64,000 nt of DNA from Clostridiales bacterium. GTDB taxonomy: Bacteria > Bacillota > Clostridia > Saccharofermentanales > Saccharofermentanaceae. Both the position numbers and the translations under genes were made by a program. The stretch lies in NCBI GenBank assembly GCA_017513085.1, contig JAFWDK010000010.1, forward strand, positions 64,001 to 128,000, in the 5' to 3' direction. The notes below the pieces were generated by a model. It was not told the origin of the DNA. It searched no databases and saw only the letters and a list, made by a program, of their open reading frames with translations. Positions 46,984 to 58,177 of this stretch are shown here, one piece after another; position 1 is the stretch's first letter; the number at the start of each line of letters is the position of its first letter.

Positions 46984-48255
46984 ATGAAGGTGACACGAAA
47001 AAGTAAGTTTCTCAGTATTTTTGTCAGTATACTGATCTGTTTGTTTGGTGTGTTCGGCACGATGATCCCGCATATTCTGGCCGAATCCACAAGCTGCTCT
47101 GTAGATATTGACGGTGGTGGAGATAAGAATGAAGCCTACATTGTTTTAAAGGTAGCAGGAGATGGAGCGAAGGTCAATTCCGCTAAGTCTTCTTGCAGTT
47201 CATCACAGGTAAGTGTCAGTACTTCCGTAGAATACGATACTATCAATGTTCATATTAAATCTAAAGACGGTTCAGCAATCAAACCTGCTTCGGTACTTGT
47301 TACTGCTGATGTGTCTGACGGTGCATCGTTGTATCTGGATAAAATCATTTATAACAAGTTTAATCCGAATACACCAACGCCGGCTCCAACCAATACGCCG
47401 ACTCCCGTACCGACGAATACACCTACACCATTACCAACCAATACACCGACTCCTGTACCGACAAATACTCCGAGTCCCACGCCTAAGCCGACAAAAGCTC
47501 CTACACCTACACCTGTTGGTGGAGTAGTAACATCTACACCGACTCCGGCTCCGACGAATACACCTACACCGAAGCCGACAGATACGCCGACGCCTGTGCC
47601 GACAGATACGCCGACGCCGACTGCGGAACCGACGGAAACTTCCGAGAGCAGTTCTGAATCCAGTTCGAGTGAAGCGACATCAGAGTCACAATCTGAGTCC
47701 ACAAGCGAATCTTCCGCAACGGAGAGCGCTTCCGGTGCTGGCGTTGTAGAACCTTCTGATTCCTCTGCGCCGTCAGACAGCAGCAGTGCTGAGACGTCAT
47801 CGTCTGATGTGTCAGAGACGACAGAATCCACAAAGACTTCGACGAAGTTCGTTACACCGACAATGTCTCTTTTGCCGACCACGGTGACAACCAAGAAGGA
47901 GAATCCTTACACATTCTTTATCTGGTTTGCTATTATTTTCGTACTGATCATTGTGATATACATGCGTTACAATGCTCTTTCCAAGAAGCGTATGGACTTT
48001 GTAGAGATCTGCAAGAACTTTATTCCTGTTCCGGACTTCATCAAGGATATCTTCAAGAAAAAGAAAGAAGAAGATACAGAGACGAAGCAGGATACCGTTG
48101 TTAAGAACGGATATCTGCAGAAGCCTTCCGTAGGAGACGCGCAGGCTTTCCGTCCTGCGAAGGTCGCCAGAAAGATCGAGAAGAAAAAAGAAGATGAAAA
48201 GATCGATATTGAGGATGACCTGGAAAGCGATATCGACGATCTGGACAGTCTTTGA
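46984..48255 (+). CDS. Secreted, membrane-anchored Pro/Thr/Ser-rich surface protein (paralog 3)
   Basis: AGGAG RBS before ATG 46984; signal peptide, PT repeats, Ser/Glu stalk, TM and the same ICKNFIP motif. Confidence 0.85.
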   Translation: MKVTRKSKFLSIFVSILICLFGVFGTMIPHILAESTSCSVDIDGGGDKNEAYIVLKVAGDGAKVNSAKSSCSSSQVSVSTSVEYDTINVHIKSKDGSAIKPASVLVTADVSDGASLYLDKIIYNKFNPNTPTPAPTNTPTPVPTNTPTPLPTNTPTPVPTNTPSPTPKPTKAPTPTPVGGVVTSTPTPAPTNTPTPKPTDTPTPVPTDTPTPTAEPTETSESSSESSSSEATSESQSESTSESSATESASGAGVVEPSDSSAPSDSSSAETSSSDVSETTESTKTSTKFVTPTMSLLPTTVTTKKENPYTFFIWFAIIFVLIIVIYMRYNALSKKRMDFVEICKNFIPVPDFIKDIFKKKKEEDTETKQDTVVKNGYLQKPSVGDAQAFRPAKVARKIEKKKEDEKIDIEDDLESDIDDLDSL

Positions 48256-48276
48256 TACGAATGAGAATCGATAATA

Positions 48277-48310
48277 GAGAGAGGATGCTTGAGAAAGCAT
48301 CCTCTTTTTG
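48277..48310 (+). terminator. Rho-independent terminator
   Basis: agaggatgctt-gaga-aagcatcctct followed by a T-run. Confidence 0.8.
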
Positions 48311-48359
48311 TATTTCTTGCAAATAAAAAAGTTGCCTCAAATTTGAGACAACTTTTATC

Positions 48360-48434
48360 TGGTGACCCTAAGGAGAATCGAACTCCTGATTGCGCCTTGA
48401 GAGGGCGCCGTCTTAACCGCTTGACCATAGGGCC
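48360..48434 (-). tRNA. tRNA-Glu (anticodon CTC)
   Basis: Minus strand GGCCCTATGGTCAAGCGGTTAAGACGGCGCC-CTCTCAA-GGCGCAATCAGGAGTTCGATTCTCCTTAGGGTCACCA; its terminator hairpin lies at about 48326-48356. Confidence 0.97.
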
Positions 48435-48576
48435 AAATCACCGTTTCGTAAGTGCATGAAAGATAATAACATAAGAAAAGTCGCTGTGCAAGTTCTTTTT
48501 GAATAAAACTAAAAAAGACTTTTCAGAATCGATGATTCTATATATACTTTATAGAACAATTAGGATATACTACAAG

Positions 48577-48590
48577 AGAACATATTTTCG
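48577..48590 (+). promoter_or_regulatory. Probable LexA (Cheo/SOS) box upstream of uvrA
   Basis: AGAACATATTTTCG versus the Firmicute consensus CGAAC-N4-GTTCG, 15 bp before the uvrA start. Confidence 0.65.
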
Positions 48591-48605
48591 AATTGGAGCA
48601 GTGAC

Positions 48606-51599
48606 ATGAATCAGTATATTCGCATACGTGGTGCCAGAGAACATAATCTTCAGAATATTAATGTTGATATCAAGAGAGATGAGATGGTCGTGATCACCGG
48701 ATTGTCCGGTTCCGGAAAGTCTTCTCTTGCTTTTGATACTATATATGCGGAAGGACAGAGACGTTATGTGGAATCCTTGTCTTCGTATGCGAGACAATTC
48801 CTCGGACAATTGGAGAAACCGGATTTTGATAGTATTGATGGTTTGTCTCCGTCTATTGCGATCGATCAGAAGACGACGAGCAGGAATCCGAGATCGACAG
48901 TTGGTACAGTTACTGAAGTTTATGACTATTTCCGTCTTTTGTATGCAAGGATCGGAGTCCCTCATTGCCCTCATTGCGGAAAGGTAATCGAATCCCAGTC
49001 TATTGACCAGATCATCGAACAACTGATGGGATATCAGGAAGGTACAAGACTGATCCTTATGGCTCCTGTGGTTCGTGGCAAGAAGGGTGAGTTTTCCAAA
49101 CTGCTTGATGATTTCCGTAAAAACGGTTATGCACGTGTCCGGCTGGATGGTCAGATGTATGAGCTTGATGAAGAAATCAGTATCGAGAAGAATAAGAAAC
49201 ATAATCTCGAGGTGATCGTAGATCGTCTTGTTGTTCGGCAAGAGGCCCGATCTCGTTTGAATGATTCTTGTGAGACCGCGCTGAAACTTGCGGATGGGCT
49301 CCTTCTTGTAAAGATTCAGGTGCCGAAGGAATCGGAAGATGGAGAGCGCACATTTGAAGAGAGCGAAGTGCTTTTCTCGCAGAAGCTTTCATGTCCGGAT
49401 TGCGGAATAAGTGTGGAAGAGCTTTCTCCGAGAATGTTTTCGTTTAACAACCCTTTCGGAGCATGCCCAGAGTGTTCGGGACTAGGTTTTCATACAAATG
49501 TCGATCCGGAACTTTGTGTGCAGCATCCGGAGCTTTCGCTCAACGATGGCGCGATTACTACGGCAGGATGGAAGTTTGATGACCCGAAGAGCTGGGGAAG
49601 AGCTTTTATTGAAGCTCTATCCGCCAGATACGGTTTTTCGCTCGATACTCCGTGGAACAAACTTCCGAAGCGTATCCAGGATATTATTCTGTATGGAAAC
49701 GGTGGAGAGAAGCTGATCATTGATACCAGCAACAGTATCTATCGTCGTGACGGTATTTATATGAATTCCTGGGAGGGCGTGGTTCACAGCGTGGAGCGCC
49801 GTAGCCGGGAGGCTTCCTCGGAAGAGATGAAGGAACATTATGCCCAGTATATGACGATATATGAATGTGGTTCCTGCCATGGCGCGCGATTGAATCCGAT
49901 GGCTCTGGCTGTAACGGTCGGCGGCAAGAATATCTTTGAAGTGACAGCAATGCCGATCAGAAAGTGCGTCAAGCATCTTCAGAATCTTAATCTGCGCTTG
50001 CGTGAGAAGAAGATCGCTGAGCCGATCCTTAAGGAGATTACATCCAGACTCAGCTTTATGATTGATGTGGGTCTTGAATATTTGACGCTTTCCCGAGCTG
50101 CGGCTACTTTGTCCGGCGGAGAAGCGCAGCGTATCCGACTCGCTACACAGATCGGTTCGAGTCTGACCGGTGTGCTCTATATTCTGGATGAGCCTTCAAT
50201 TGGTCTCCATCAGAGAGATAATAACCGGCTTCTGGCGACCCTTCAGAAACTGAAGAATCTCGGCAATACTGTTTTGGTCGTAGAACATGATGAAGATACG
50301 ATGAGACAGGCGGACCAGATCATTGATATGGGACCCGGCGCCGGTGAGCATGGCGGTTTTGTAGTGGGTGTCGGTACTGCTGAAGAGATTATGAAAGTGC
50401 CTGAGTCGATTACCGGACAGTACCTTTCCGGAGAAAAATTTATACCGATTCCTTTGCAGAGGAGAAAACCGGACGGGCGATATCTGACAGTCTGCGGAGC
50501 GAGAGAGAATAACCTTAAGGGTATCGATGTGAAGATCCCGATAGGTCTCTTTACATGTGTGACCGGTGTTTCCGGTTCCGGGAAAAGTTCGCTTGTAAAC
50601 GGTATCATTCTGAGAAGACTGGCTACCGATTTGAATGGAGCCCGACGTTCGAAGGGGCTTTGCGACAAGATCACCGGTGTCGGACATCTGGATAAGGTGA
50701 TCTCCATCGATCAGTCTCCAATCGGTAGAAGTCCGCGTTCCAATCCGGCCACATATACCGGATGCTTTGATATGATTCGTGAACTTTATGCCAATACTCC
50801 GGATGCTAAGGCACGTGGGTATAAGAACGGGCGGTTTAGTTTTAATATCAAGGGTGGTCGTTGTGAGGCCTGCTCCGGTGATGGCGTGAACCGTATTGAG
50901 ATGCATTTTCTGCCGGATGTTTATGTGAAGTGTGATGTTTGTAAGGGGAAGAGATACAACCGCGAAACTTTGCAGGTCAAATATAAAGGTAAGAATATTG
51001 CGGATGTGCTGGCGATGACAGTGGATGAGGCACTTGAGTTTTTCCAGAATGTTCCGAAGATCCGCAATAAGCTCCAGACGCTTTCGGAGGTCGGCCTTGG
51101 GTATATACGTCTTGGACAGCCTGCCACGCAGCTGTCCGGTGGTGAAGCGCAGCGTGTCAAGCTGGCAACGGAGCTCTCGAGACGGAGCACCGGCCGTACA
51201 TTCTATATTCTGGATGAACCGACGACGGGTCTGCATATTGCAGATGTGCATAAGCTTGTTGACATTTTGAACCGCCTGGCCGAAAATGGTAATACTGTTC
51301 TGGTCATCGAGCATAATCTGGATGTGATTAAGACAGCGGATCATATTATTGATCTTGGGCCTGAAGGTGGAGATAAGGGCGGTACGATCATTGCAGAGGG
51401 CTCTCCTGAGGAGATCTGCGAGGTAAAGGAGTCGTACACGGGACAATTCCTCAAACCTGTCTTGGAAAAAACCAGAGCATTGATGGGTGATTCTGCGCCT
51501 GTAATAGATAAAAAACAAAAAAAGAGAATTGAAAGGGATGCGCTTGAGATCGCTGTCGGACCAAAACCGCGGCGTAAGCGTAAACCACTGGAAGAGTAG
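48606..51599 (+). CDS. uvrA: Excinuclease ABC subunit A
   Basis: [10 protein letters not shown], two Walker A ([18 protein letters not shown]), two LSGGEAQR, zinc fingers. Confidence 0.98.
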   Translation: MNQYIRIRGAREHNLQNINVDIKRDEMVVITGLSGSGKSSLAFDTIYAEGQRRYVESLSSYARQFLGQLEKPDFDSIDGLSPSIAIDQKTTSRNPRSTVGTVTEVYDYFRLLYARIGVPHCPHCGKVIESQSIDQIIEQLMGYQEGTRLILMAPVVRGKKGEFSKLLDDFRKNGYARVRLDGQMYELDEEISIEKNKKHNLEVIVDRLVVRQEARSRLNDSCETALKLADGLLLVKIQVPKESEDGERTFEESEVLFSQKLSCPDCGISVEELSPRMFSFNNPFGACPECSGLGFHTNVDPELCVQHPELSLNDGAITTAGWKFDDPKSWGRAFIEALSARYGFSLDTPWNKLPKRIQDIILYGNGGEKLIIDTSNSIYRRDGIYMNSWEGVVHSVERRSREASSEEMKEHYAQYMTIYECGSCHGARLNPMALAVTVGGKNIFEVTAMPIRKCVKHLQNLNLRLREKKIAEPILKEITSRLSFMIDVGLEYLTLSRAAATLSGGEAQRIRLATQIGSSLTGVLYILDEPSIGLHQRDNNRLLATLQKLKNLGNTVLVVEHDEDTMRQADQIIDMGPGAGEHGGFVVGVGTAEEIMKVPESITGQYLSGEKFIPIPLQRRKPDGRYLTVCGARENNLKGIDVKIPIGLFTCVTGVSGSGKSSLVNGIILRRLATDLNGARRSKGLCDKITGVGHLDKVISIDQSPIGRSPRSNPATYTGCFDMIRELYANTPDAKARGYKNGRFSFNIKGGRCEACSGDGVNRIEMHFLPDVYVKCDVCKGKRYNRETLQVKYKGKNIADVLAMTVDEALEFFQNVPKIRNKLQTLSEVGLGYIRLGQPATQLSGGEAQRVKLATELSRRSTGRTFYILDEPTTGLHIADVHKLVDILNRLAENGNTVLVIEHNLDVIKTADHIIDLGPEGGDKGGTIIAEGSPEEICEVKESYTGQFLKPVLEKTRALMGDSAPVIDKKQKKRIERDALEIAVGPKPRRKRKPLEE

Positions 51600-51608
51600 G
51601 AAATAGTA

Positions 51609-54068
51609 ATGAGTTTATGTACTTTGTGTAAGAAGAACGTGGCGGTGGTGTTCACGACGAGATTTGAGAACAACCAGCGTATCAACGAGGGCCTTTGCAT
51701 TAAGTGTGCTTATGAGACCGGAATCGGTGGAATCGAAGAGATGTTTGCCGCGGCCGGGATCAATGAGGACAATATTGATAATGTGACCGAGAAGATGAAC
51801 CGGATGATGTCCGGAATCGATTCTTCTAATCCTGAGCAATTGCTGAAGATGCTTGTGGAAAACGACCAGGAACCACCGTTCCCGATGGATTTTGAATTCC
51901 CTGAACTTGAGGGGGATGATGAAGAACCTGACGAGGGTGAGGATTCTGACGAATCTTTTGATGAGCCGGCGGAGGAGAACGGGCAGGAGTTTGATCAGCC
52001 TGAACGCGAGTCGTTGTCGGACTTCCGTGAGTTTTTCCTGGGTGGTTCGCGTAATGGTTCTTCGAGATCGGATAAGAGTAAGACGAAAAAGAAGAAAGAC
52101 GATCAGAAGTCGAAATATCTCGATATGTATGGTACCAACCTTACGCAAAAAGCCAGAGATGGTGAGATCGATAAGCTGGTCGGACGTGATAAGGAAATCT
52201 CGCGTGTCATTCAGATACTGAACCGCCGTTCGAAAAACAATCCTGCGTTGATAGGTAATCCTGGCGTCGGCAAAACTGCTATTGCTGAAGGCCTTGCGGT
52301 TCGTATTGCCAATGGAGAGGTTCCTCAAAAACTTCTGGATATGAAGGTCTATCTTCTTGATATGATGGCTCTTGTGGCCGGCACGCAGTTCCGCGGACAG
52401 TTTGAGAGCCGTATGAAGGGCGTCGTGGATGAGGCGACCCGCAAGCAGAATGTGATACTTGTCATCGATGAGATGCATAACATTATGGGTGCCGGTGATG
52501 CTGAGGGTGCAATGAATGCTGCCAATATCCTGAAACCTGCATTGGCGAAGGGACAGATCCGAGTGATCGGTTCTACTACGCTTGATGAGTATCGCCGCCA
52601 TATCGAGAAGGATTCCGCGTTAGAAAGACGTTTCCAGAAAGTGATCGTCGAAGAACCTTCGGTGGAGGAATCGATCGAGATCCTTAAGGGTATCCGTGAA
52701 TACTATGAGAAACATCACTTTGTCCAGTATCCGGATGATGTGATCGAGTATGCTGTTCAGGCATCCTCACGATATATTATGGATCGGTATCTTCCTGACA
52801 AGGCCATTGATCTTCTGGATGAGGCAGGTTCGCAGGTGAATCTCAAAGAGGTTCGTCTGGTTAATCTTGCATCGATGAAGAAGGAGTGGAAGAAACTCGA
52901 TGCGGAAGTTCGTTCGCTGGAATCCCGCATCGAATCCTCGGCAACCCCGGAAGAGATTGAAAAAGAACATCTCTACGAGCAGCAGGCCGAGAAAAAATCC
53001 CGCGTCTTAAGGCTCGAGAAGGAGATCGAATCGTTGGAGAATGACTTGGTTCCTGCCATTATCACGAAGGAAGATATTTCTCGCGTAGTGGAGATGTGGA
53101 CCGGTATTCCGGTAAAGAGGATCTCCGAGACGGAATCAGAGCAGCTTCTGAAATTGGAGGAGCGGCTCCATGAACGTGTTATCGGCCAGGATAAAGCAGT
53201 GAGCGCTTTGGCCCGCGCGATCCGAAGAAACCGTTCAGGCTTTGGTAAAGCGCATAAGCCGTCTTCTTTCATTTTTGTCGGACCTACCGGTGTAGGTAAG
53301 ACAGAATTAGTCAAGGCTTTGGCTGAAGCTATGTTTGCCAGAGAAGATGCGTTGATCCGTATTGATATGTCTGAATATATGGAAGCACATACTGTCAGCA
53401 AATTGATTGGTTCTCCGCCGGGGTATGTCGGTTATGACGATGGCGGGCAACTGACAGAACGTGTTAGAAGAAAACCCTATTCGGTAGTGCTTTTTGATGA
53501 GATCGAGAAGGCACATCCGGATGTGTTTAATATGCTTCTTCAGATACTCGACGATGGTCGTTTAACAGACAGCCATGGACGTCTTGTCAATTTCGAGCAT
53601 ACGATTCTGATCATGACGTCTAATGCCGGTACTTCCTTGAAGGCGAATGGTTTCGGATTCGGTGCGGAAGGGCATATTGCTTTGGAAAACCGGGTGCATA
53701 CAGTTCTGAAGGAGATGTTCCGTCCGGAATTCCTGAACCGTATTGATGAAATTGTCGTATTCCAGGAGTTGACGAAAGAAGAGATCCGCAGGATCGTTGA
53801 CCTGATGCTGCATGAACTTGCCTCGCAATTGGGCGAGAAGGGAATCTCGTTGAAGGTTTCTGATGCTGCTAAAGATCAGCTGGCAGTAGAAGGTTACGAT
53901 GTGAAATATGGAGCTCGTCCTCTTCGGAAGACGATCCAGCGCCGGCTGGAAGATCCTCTGGCTGACATGTTCCTGTCCGGAAAACTGGATAAGGCTGAAG
54001 CTGTGTCGATCGATTACAAGAATGATGAGTTTACTTTTCACCTGAAAAAGAAAAAGGAGAAGTCTTGA
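51609..54068 (+). CDS. ATP-dependent Clp protease ATPase, ClpC/ClpE-like with N-terminal Zn finger
   Basis: CTLC...CIKC N-terminus; two AAA+ modules ([16 protein letters not shown]), RIDMSEY, GFGF ClpP-binding-loop-like motif, YGARPL. Confidence 0.93.
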   Translation: MSLCTLCKKNVAVVFTTRFENNQRINEGLCIKCAYETGIGGIEEMFAAAGINEDNIDNVTEKMNRMMSGIDSSNPEQLLKMLVENDQEPPFPMDFEFPELEGDDEEPDEGEDSDESFDEPAEENGQEFDQPERESLSDFREFFLGGSRNGSSRSDKSKTKKKKDDQKSKYLDMYGTNLTQKARDGEIDKLVGRDKEISRVIQILNRRSKNNPALIGNPGVGKTAIAEGLAVRIANGEVPQKLLDMKVYLLDMMALVAGTQFRGQFESRMKGVVDEATRKQNVILVIDEMHNIMGAGDAEGAMNAANILKPALAKGQIRVIGSTTLDEYRRHIEKDSALERRFQKVIVEEPSVEESIEILKGIREYYEKHHFVQYPDDVIEYAVQASSRYIMDRYLPDKAIDLLDEAGSQVNLKEVRLVNLASMKKEWKKLDAEVRSLESRIESSATPEEIEKEHLYEQQAEKKSRVLRLEKEIESLENDLVPAIITKEDISRVVEMWTGIPVKRISETESEQLLKLEERLHERVIGQDKAVSALARAIRRNRSGFGKAHKPSSFIFVGPTGVGKTELVKALAEAMFAREDALIRIDMSEYMEAHTVSKLIGSPPGYVGYDDGGQLTERVRRKPYSVVLFDEIEKAHPDVFNMLLQILDDGRLTDSHGRLVNFEHTILIMTSNAGTSLKANGFGFGAEGHIALENRVHTVLKEMFRPEFLNRIDEIVVFQELTKEEIRRIVDLMLHELASQLGEKGISLKVSDAAKDQLAVEGYDVKYGARPLRKTIQRRLEDPLADMFLSGKLDKAEAVSIDYKNDEFTFHLKKKKEKS

Positions 54069-54075
54069 TCTTTCG

Positions 54076-55647
54076 ATGAGAGATCTGCGTCCGACTATGA
54101 AGTGGGAGTATAAGAGAATCAGGAAAACCAGTTGGGATACTGTTTTCGGGAAGGGATGGAGACCATGGCTTTTGCTGGTTGCCGCGTGCTTCCTGTTTTC
54201 TTTGATCGGTGCCCAGTATACTCTTCAGACACAAGGCCTTGACTATGTTGACCAATGGCTGGGATACAAAGACGAGAATTATGAAGCAAACGTCGGGTAT
54301 CTGAAAGACTATGTTTCTGATCTGAAAATCGTTAAAAGTTTGCCGGCTGAAGTGGAGAAATCGGCTGTGGATTCTCTGGATTCCATTGCGGCCAGTAATT
54401 CATGGGTGATCCGTGTCCTGGCGCATAATGCGGCATATTTTGAGAGAAACCCCGGAGAAGTCATTGCCAATCTTCTTATTATCGGACTAATCATGTTCAT
54501 AGTGAAGTTTTTCTTCCTGAATGCATCTGAAATAGGCCTTTACAGATATGTTCTGGAGAACAGGCAGCAGGAGAAGGTCAAGTTCCGAAGGATCTTTGCG
54601 CCTTTTCACCTGAAGATGATCCCGAATGTTATCTGGGTAACATTCCGATATAGCATGACGCTGCTCAAATGGTATATGCTCTTTATTATTCCCGGTATTT
54701 ATAAGACATTCCAGCTTTCCATGATTCCGTTTATCCTCGCGGAAAATCCGAAGATCAAATACAAAGATGCGGTGAAGCTTTCCAAGGCGATGACGAAGGG
54801 ATATAAATGGAAGATGTTTGTGACGGATCTTTCCTATATTTACATCTGGCTGTTGCATTTGATTCCGTTCGCCGGCCTGCTTGTTTCGGTGCCGTTGAGC
54901 ATGCAGCTGGATGCGGAATACTATTTTACGCTTCGAAACCGTGCGGGTATCGATTATACGAATCTCCCCGAGCAGGCTTTTGCAGGAGCGCCGTACGTTA
55001 AGAGAATGCAGGATAGAAAGAGAAATCCTAATATCGTACTCTCCGACCCCGAATATGTTCTTACTGACGTGAATACCAAAACTGCGCATAAGAAGGGATT
55101 GTTTCGTTTTGACTACAGTCCTTTCGATATTGTGTTTATGTTTTTCAGTTTTTGCATGGTCGGCTGGATCTGGGAAGTCTGCTATGAGTTTGTCGACACA
55201 GGACTCCTGGTGAATCGTGGGACGATGTACGGACCATGGATCCCGATATATGGATTCGGCGGTATAGCCATCGTGCTCCTGCTTAGCCGTTTCAAAGAGA
55301 GTAAGATCAAGCTTTTTCTGATGACGATGCTGGTCTGTGCAATACTGGAATACCTTGGAAGTTTTGCGCTTGAGTTTATGTTCAACTCTTCGTATTGGGA
55401 CTATAAAGAAATGTTCATGAATGTGAACGGCCGGATCTGCCTTGCGGGATTGATGGCTTTTGGCGTGGGAGGATTGTTCGGTGTCTATATTGCCGGACCG
55501 GCAATCAGCCGATTTGTCGATCGATTCTCGAGAAGGACCCAGTATATTGCTGCTGGAATTCTGGGAGCTTTGTTTGTGACGGATATTGTCTGTTGCGTGA
55601 TATTCGGCTTTAATTCCGGTGCTAGTGTGGGTGGAAAGATCGTCTGA
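54076..55647 (+). CDS. Membrane protein: DUF975-like domain fused to a putative ABC permease (DUF1113/CmpB-like) domain
   Basis: FIIPGIYK..SMIPFILAENP..AVKLSKAMTKGYKWK; then GWIWE..NRG..GPWIPIYG..LEY..WDY...NVNGRICL. Confidence 0.75.
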   Translation: MRDLRPTMKWEYKRIRKTSWDTVFGKGWRPWLLLVAACFLFSLIGAQYTLQTQGLDYVDQWLGYKDENYEANVGYLKDYVSDLKIVKSLPAEVEKSAVDSLDSIAASNSWVIRVLAHNAAYFERNPGEVIANLLIIGLIMFIVKFFFLNASEIGLYRYVLENRQQEKVKFRRIFAPFHLKMIPNVIWVTFRYSMTLLKWYMLFIIPGIYKTFQLSMIPFILAENPKIKYKDAVKLSKAMTKGYKWKMFVTDLSYIYIWLLHLIPFAGLLVSVPLSMQLDAEYYFTLRNRAGIDYTNLPEQAFAGAPYVKRMQDRKRNPNIVLSDPEYVLTDVNTKTAHKKGLFRFDYSPFDIVFMFFSFCMVGWIWEVCYEFVDTGLLVNRGTMYGPWIPIYGFGGIAIVLLLSRFKESKIKLFLMTMLVCAILEYLGSFALEFMFNSSYWDYKEMFMNVNGRICLAGLMAFGVGGLFGVYIAGPAISRFVDRFSRRTQYIAAGILGALFVTDIVCCVIFGFNSGASVGGKIV

Positions 55648-55662
55648 TCCGGATCAAAAGAA

Positions 55663-55690
55663 AAGAGCTGCCTTGTGAAAGACAGCTCTT
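55663..55690. terminator. Terminator hairpin between convergent genes
   Basis: aagagctg...cagctctt stem flanked by A- and T-rich tracts. Confidence 0.65.
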
Positions 55691-55714
55691 GTTGTTTGTA
55701 TCTTTTTCCGATGC

Positions 55715-56926
55715 TCAGGAACGGTAACTTGCGTTGATCTTTACATAGTCGTAAGTGAAGTCACAGGTCCACATACGGTCGCTGTATTCTCCGTCGTTCA
55801 GTTCGATCTGGATCAGAATGTCATGCTCCGAAAGCTTCTCTTTGGCGACATCTTCGTCAAAGGGGAGTGCAACACCGTTTTCGTATACGGCGAGTCCGCT
55901 TAAGGACATGCTGATTTTATCGGGGTCGATATCGGCTCCGGAATAACCCAGCGCGGTAATAAAGCGTCCGCAGTTTGCATCCTGACCGAAGATAGCTGTT
56001 TTGCAAAGCGGGGAACGGCAGATGGCCAGTACACAAAGGTATGCGTCGTTAGCGGTTTTGGCGCCGTTGACAACTACTTCTACAAGTTTTGAAGCTCCTT
56101 CACCGTCAGAGGCGATCATCTTGGCAAGATCGAAGCAGAGGGAGTGGAATGCTTCCTTGAAAACATCGTATTCTTCAGTTCCTTCTTTGATTTCAGGGGT
56201 TTCTGAAGCACCATTGGCCATGATGACGACCATGTCGCAGACAGATGTGTCGCCGTCTACGGTAACACGATTATAAGTGTCCTTGACATTACTGCTGATC
56301 ATGGACTGAAGCGCACTCTGCCCGATGTTAGCGTCCGTTGTGAAAACACTGATCATGGTGGCCAGGTTCGGATGGATCATGCCGGAACCTTTTGCAATAG
56401 CGGAGATCGTGATTTCTTTGCCGAAAATGCTTACGGTTGCGGCGACCTCTTTAGGCTGGGTATCTGTGGTCATGATGGCGCGCTCGGCAAGATGACCGCA
56501 TTCTTCGGAAGATGAAGCATTTTTGACCAAAGAAGGGATCGCAGATGTGATCTTGTCTAATGGAAGACGGGTACCGATGACGCCGGTAGAGGCGGTAAGG
56601 ATCATGTTGGATTCGGTATTCAGGATCGAGGCGACAGCGGAAGCCATGGCTTCTGCATCACTTTCTCCCTCGGCACCGACACATGCATTGGCGTTGCCGC
56701 TGTTGATGATGATGCCGGAAACAGTTTCCTGTGATCGGATGATGGAAATGGAACGCGTCAGAGAGTGCCCTTTTACCAGGTTGGAGGTATATACGCCGGC
56801 TACTTTCGCCGGAGTTAAGGATCCTATGAATGCAAGATCCGGATTGCCGTTCGGCTTAAGACCGCAAGACACGCCGTTTGCGATGAAGCCTTTCGGAAGA
56901 GTGATATAGGCATTTGTTATTTCCAT
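55715..56926 (-). CDS. argJ: Ornithine acetyltransferase / N-acetylglutamate synthase ArgJ
   Basis: NSGNANAC, ASTGVIG, IMTTDT, AKGSGMIHPNLATM, DGEGASK, WTCDFTYDYVKINASYRS. Confidence 0.97.
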   Translation of the reverse strand: MEITNAYITLPKGFIANGVSCGLKPNGNPDLAFIGSLTPAKVAGVYTSNLVKGHSLTRSISIIRSQETVSGIIINSGNANACVGAEGESDAEAMASAVASILNTESNMILTASTGVIGTRLPLDKITSAIPSLVKNASSSEECGHLAERAIMTTDTQPKEVAATVSIFGKEITISAIAKGSGMIHPNLATMISVFTTDANIGQSALQSMISSNVKDTYNRVTVDGDTSVCDMVVIMANGASETPEIKEGTEEYDVFKEAFHSLCFDLAKMIASDGEGASKLVEVVVNGAKTANDAYLCVLAICRSPLCKTAIFGQDANCGRFITALGYSGADIDPDKISMSLSGLAVYENGVALPFDEDVAKEKLSEHDILIQIELNDGEYSDRMWTCDFTYDYVKINASYRS

Positions 56927-57016
56927 ATAAAAGCACCTCGTTCGAATTATGTAGATGCATTATACACCAATAATGAAAAGTTTTTCCAGATTCATGAAAT
57001 AAATCAAAAGAAGTGC

Positions 57017-57046
57017 TTGACATAATGGCTTGGAAAACATTATAAT
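57017..57046 (+). promoter_or_regulatory. Sigma-A promoter of the tRNA cluster
   Basis: TTGACA-18bp-TATAAT, 25 bp upstream of tRNA-His. Confidence 0.7.
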
Positions 57047-57071
57047 TTCGTAGTGCCTTTTGGGAGAACTT

Positions 57072-57149
57072 GGTGGGATTAGCTCAGTTGGTTAGAGCGC
57101 TAGTTTGTGGCACTAGAGGTCATGGGTTCGACCCCCATATCCCACCCCA
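57072..57149 (+). tRNA. tRNA-His (GTG)
   Basis: Cloverleaf with anticodon arm CTAGT-TTGTGGC-ACTAG, G-1 and encoded CCA. Confidence 0.96.
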
Positions 57150-57172
57150 ATTAAACCTAAGAGGTTTTTTAT

Positions 57173-57247
57173 TGGGGTATAGCCAAGCGGTAAGGCACGG
57201 GACTTTGACTCCCGCATTCGTAGGTCCGAATCCTGCTACCCCAGCCA
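57173..57247 (+). tRNA. tRNA-Gln (TTG)
   Basis: Anticodon arm CGGGA-CTTTGAC-TCCCG; CCA end. Confidence 0.95.
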
Positions 57248-57250
57248 TAT

Positions 57251-57326
57251 GGTTCACTAGCTCAGTCGGTAGAGCACTTGACTTTTAATCAAGGGGTCTG
57301 GAGTTCGAGCCTCCAGTGAGCCACCA
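57251..57326 (+). tRNA. tRNA-Lys (TTT)
   Basis: Anticodon arm CTTGA-CTTTTAA-TCAAG; GTTCGAG; CCA end. Confidence 0.96.
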
Positions 57327-57334
57327 TACGAATG

Positions 57335-57368
57335 AGAAAACTGCTTTTCGAAGCAGTTTTTCTTTTTT
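57335..57368 (+). terminator. Rho-independent terminator after the tRNA cluster
   Basis: aaaactgctt-ttcg-aagcagtttt followed by a T-run. Confidence 0.85.
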
Positions 57369-57491
57369 ATTCCCAAACGTCTCAGGATGTGATTCCCTTT
57401 GCGTATTTGTGTGTTTTCGAAAAATCCTTGCACTTTCAGAAACGGACAGCGATAATGATGAATAGGTTCACTATGGGGAAGAGGTAGAAGC

Positions 57492-58085
57492 ATGGCCAGA
57501 TTTGAGATCGTACATCCGCTGCCAGAAAGCTGTCTTTCTGTTCAGACGAAAAGATTGTTGCTTGCGGTGTATAAGCCGTCGGCAGCCGCCAGGGTCACGG
57601 ACTATCTTGTAAGGAACCGGGCTTTTCATACGCCGTTTACGCAGAAGCACAGTGACCGGTACTTTACGGTTAGCGAACAGAAGGCATATTTAAAATCGGA
57701 TCTTTATCAATACAGACACAATTCTCAGGTCGGGTTCTGGATCTCAACGATCGAAGAGCCGGATGTGATCATCGGAAGACTATCCTTTTACTCTATTATC
57801 GGAGGAGCCATGATGACCAGCTTTGTCGGGTATCATCTTGATGAGAAGTGTCAGGGAAAGGGCTATATGTTAGAGGCGCTTCAAGCCGGCTGCGATTTTA
57901 TGTTCAAGTATTACCGCCTTCACCGGATCCAGGCAGATGTTATGCCTACGAATGAAAAGTCGCTTCGTGTAGTACAGAAGACCGGCTTTGTGAAGATGGG
58001 CTACAATGTTCGTTATATGGAGATCGATGGATCATATAAAGATCATGTGATGTATGTGCTTTTGAATCCGTCTGTGGAAAAGTGA
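57492..58085 (+). CDS. RimJ-like ribosomal-protein N-acetyltransferase
   Basis: VGYHLDEKCQGKGYM, LHRIQADVMPTNEKS, YMEIDGSYKDH. Confidence 0.85.
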   Translation: MARFEIVHPLPESCLSVQTKRLLLAVYKPSAAARVTDYLVRNRAFHTPFTQKHSDRYFTVSEQKAYLKSDLYQYRHNSQVGFWISTIEEPDVIIGRLSFYSIIGGAMMTSFVGYHLDEKCQGKGYMLEALQAGCDFMFKYYRLHRIQADVMPTNEKSLRVVQKTGFVKMGYNVRYMEIDGSYKDHVMYVLLNPSVEK

Positions 58086-58177
58086 GAGTATTCCCAAAAA
58101 ACTATTTGCAAATATCGAAAAAGAATGGTGTACTATAAGTTAGAGTATAAATGTACCAAAACGGAGGAGCGTGTGTT

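Noticed and set aside
48360-48434. tRNA-Glu as the integration site for the upstream region
   Set aside because: No duplicated tRNA 3' end or integrase noticed in the window; the flanking genes look host-like.
56930-57000. ARG box upstream of argJ
   Set aside because: Only weak AT-rich resemblance; not supportable.
57070-57288. 72-aa ORF
   Set aside because: Overlaps tRNA-His, tRNA-Gln and tRNA-Lys.
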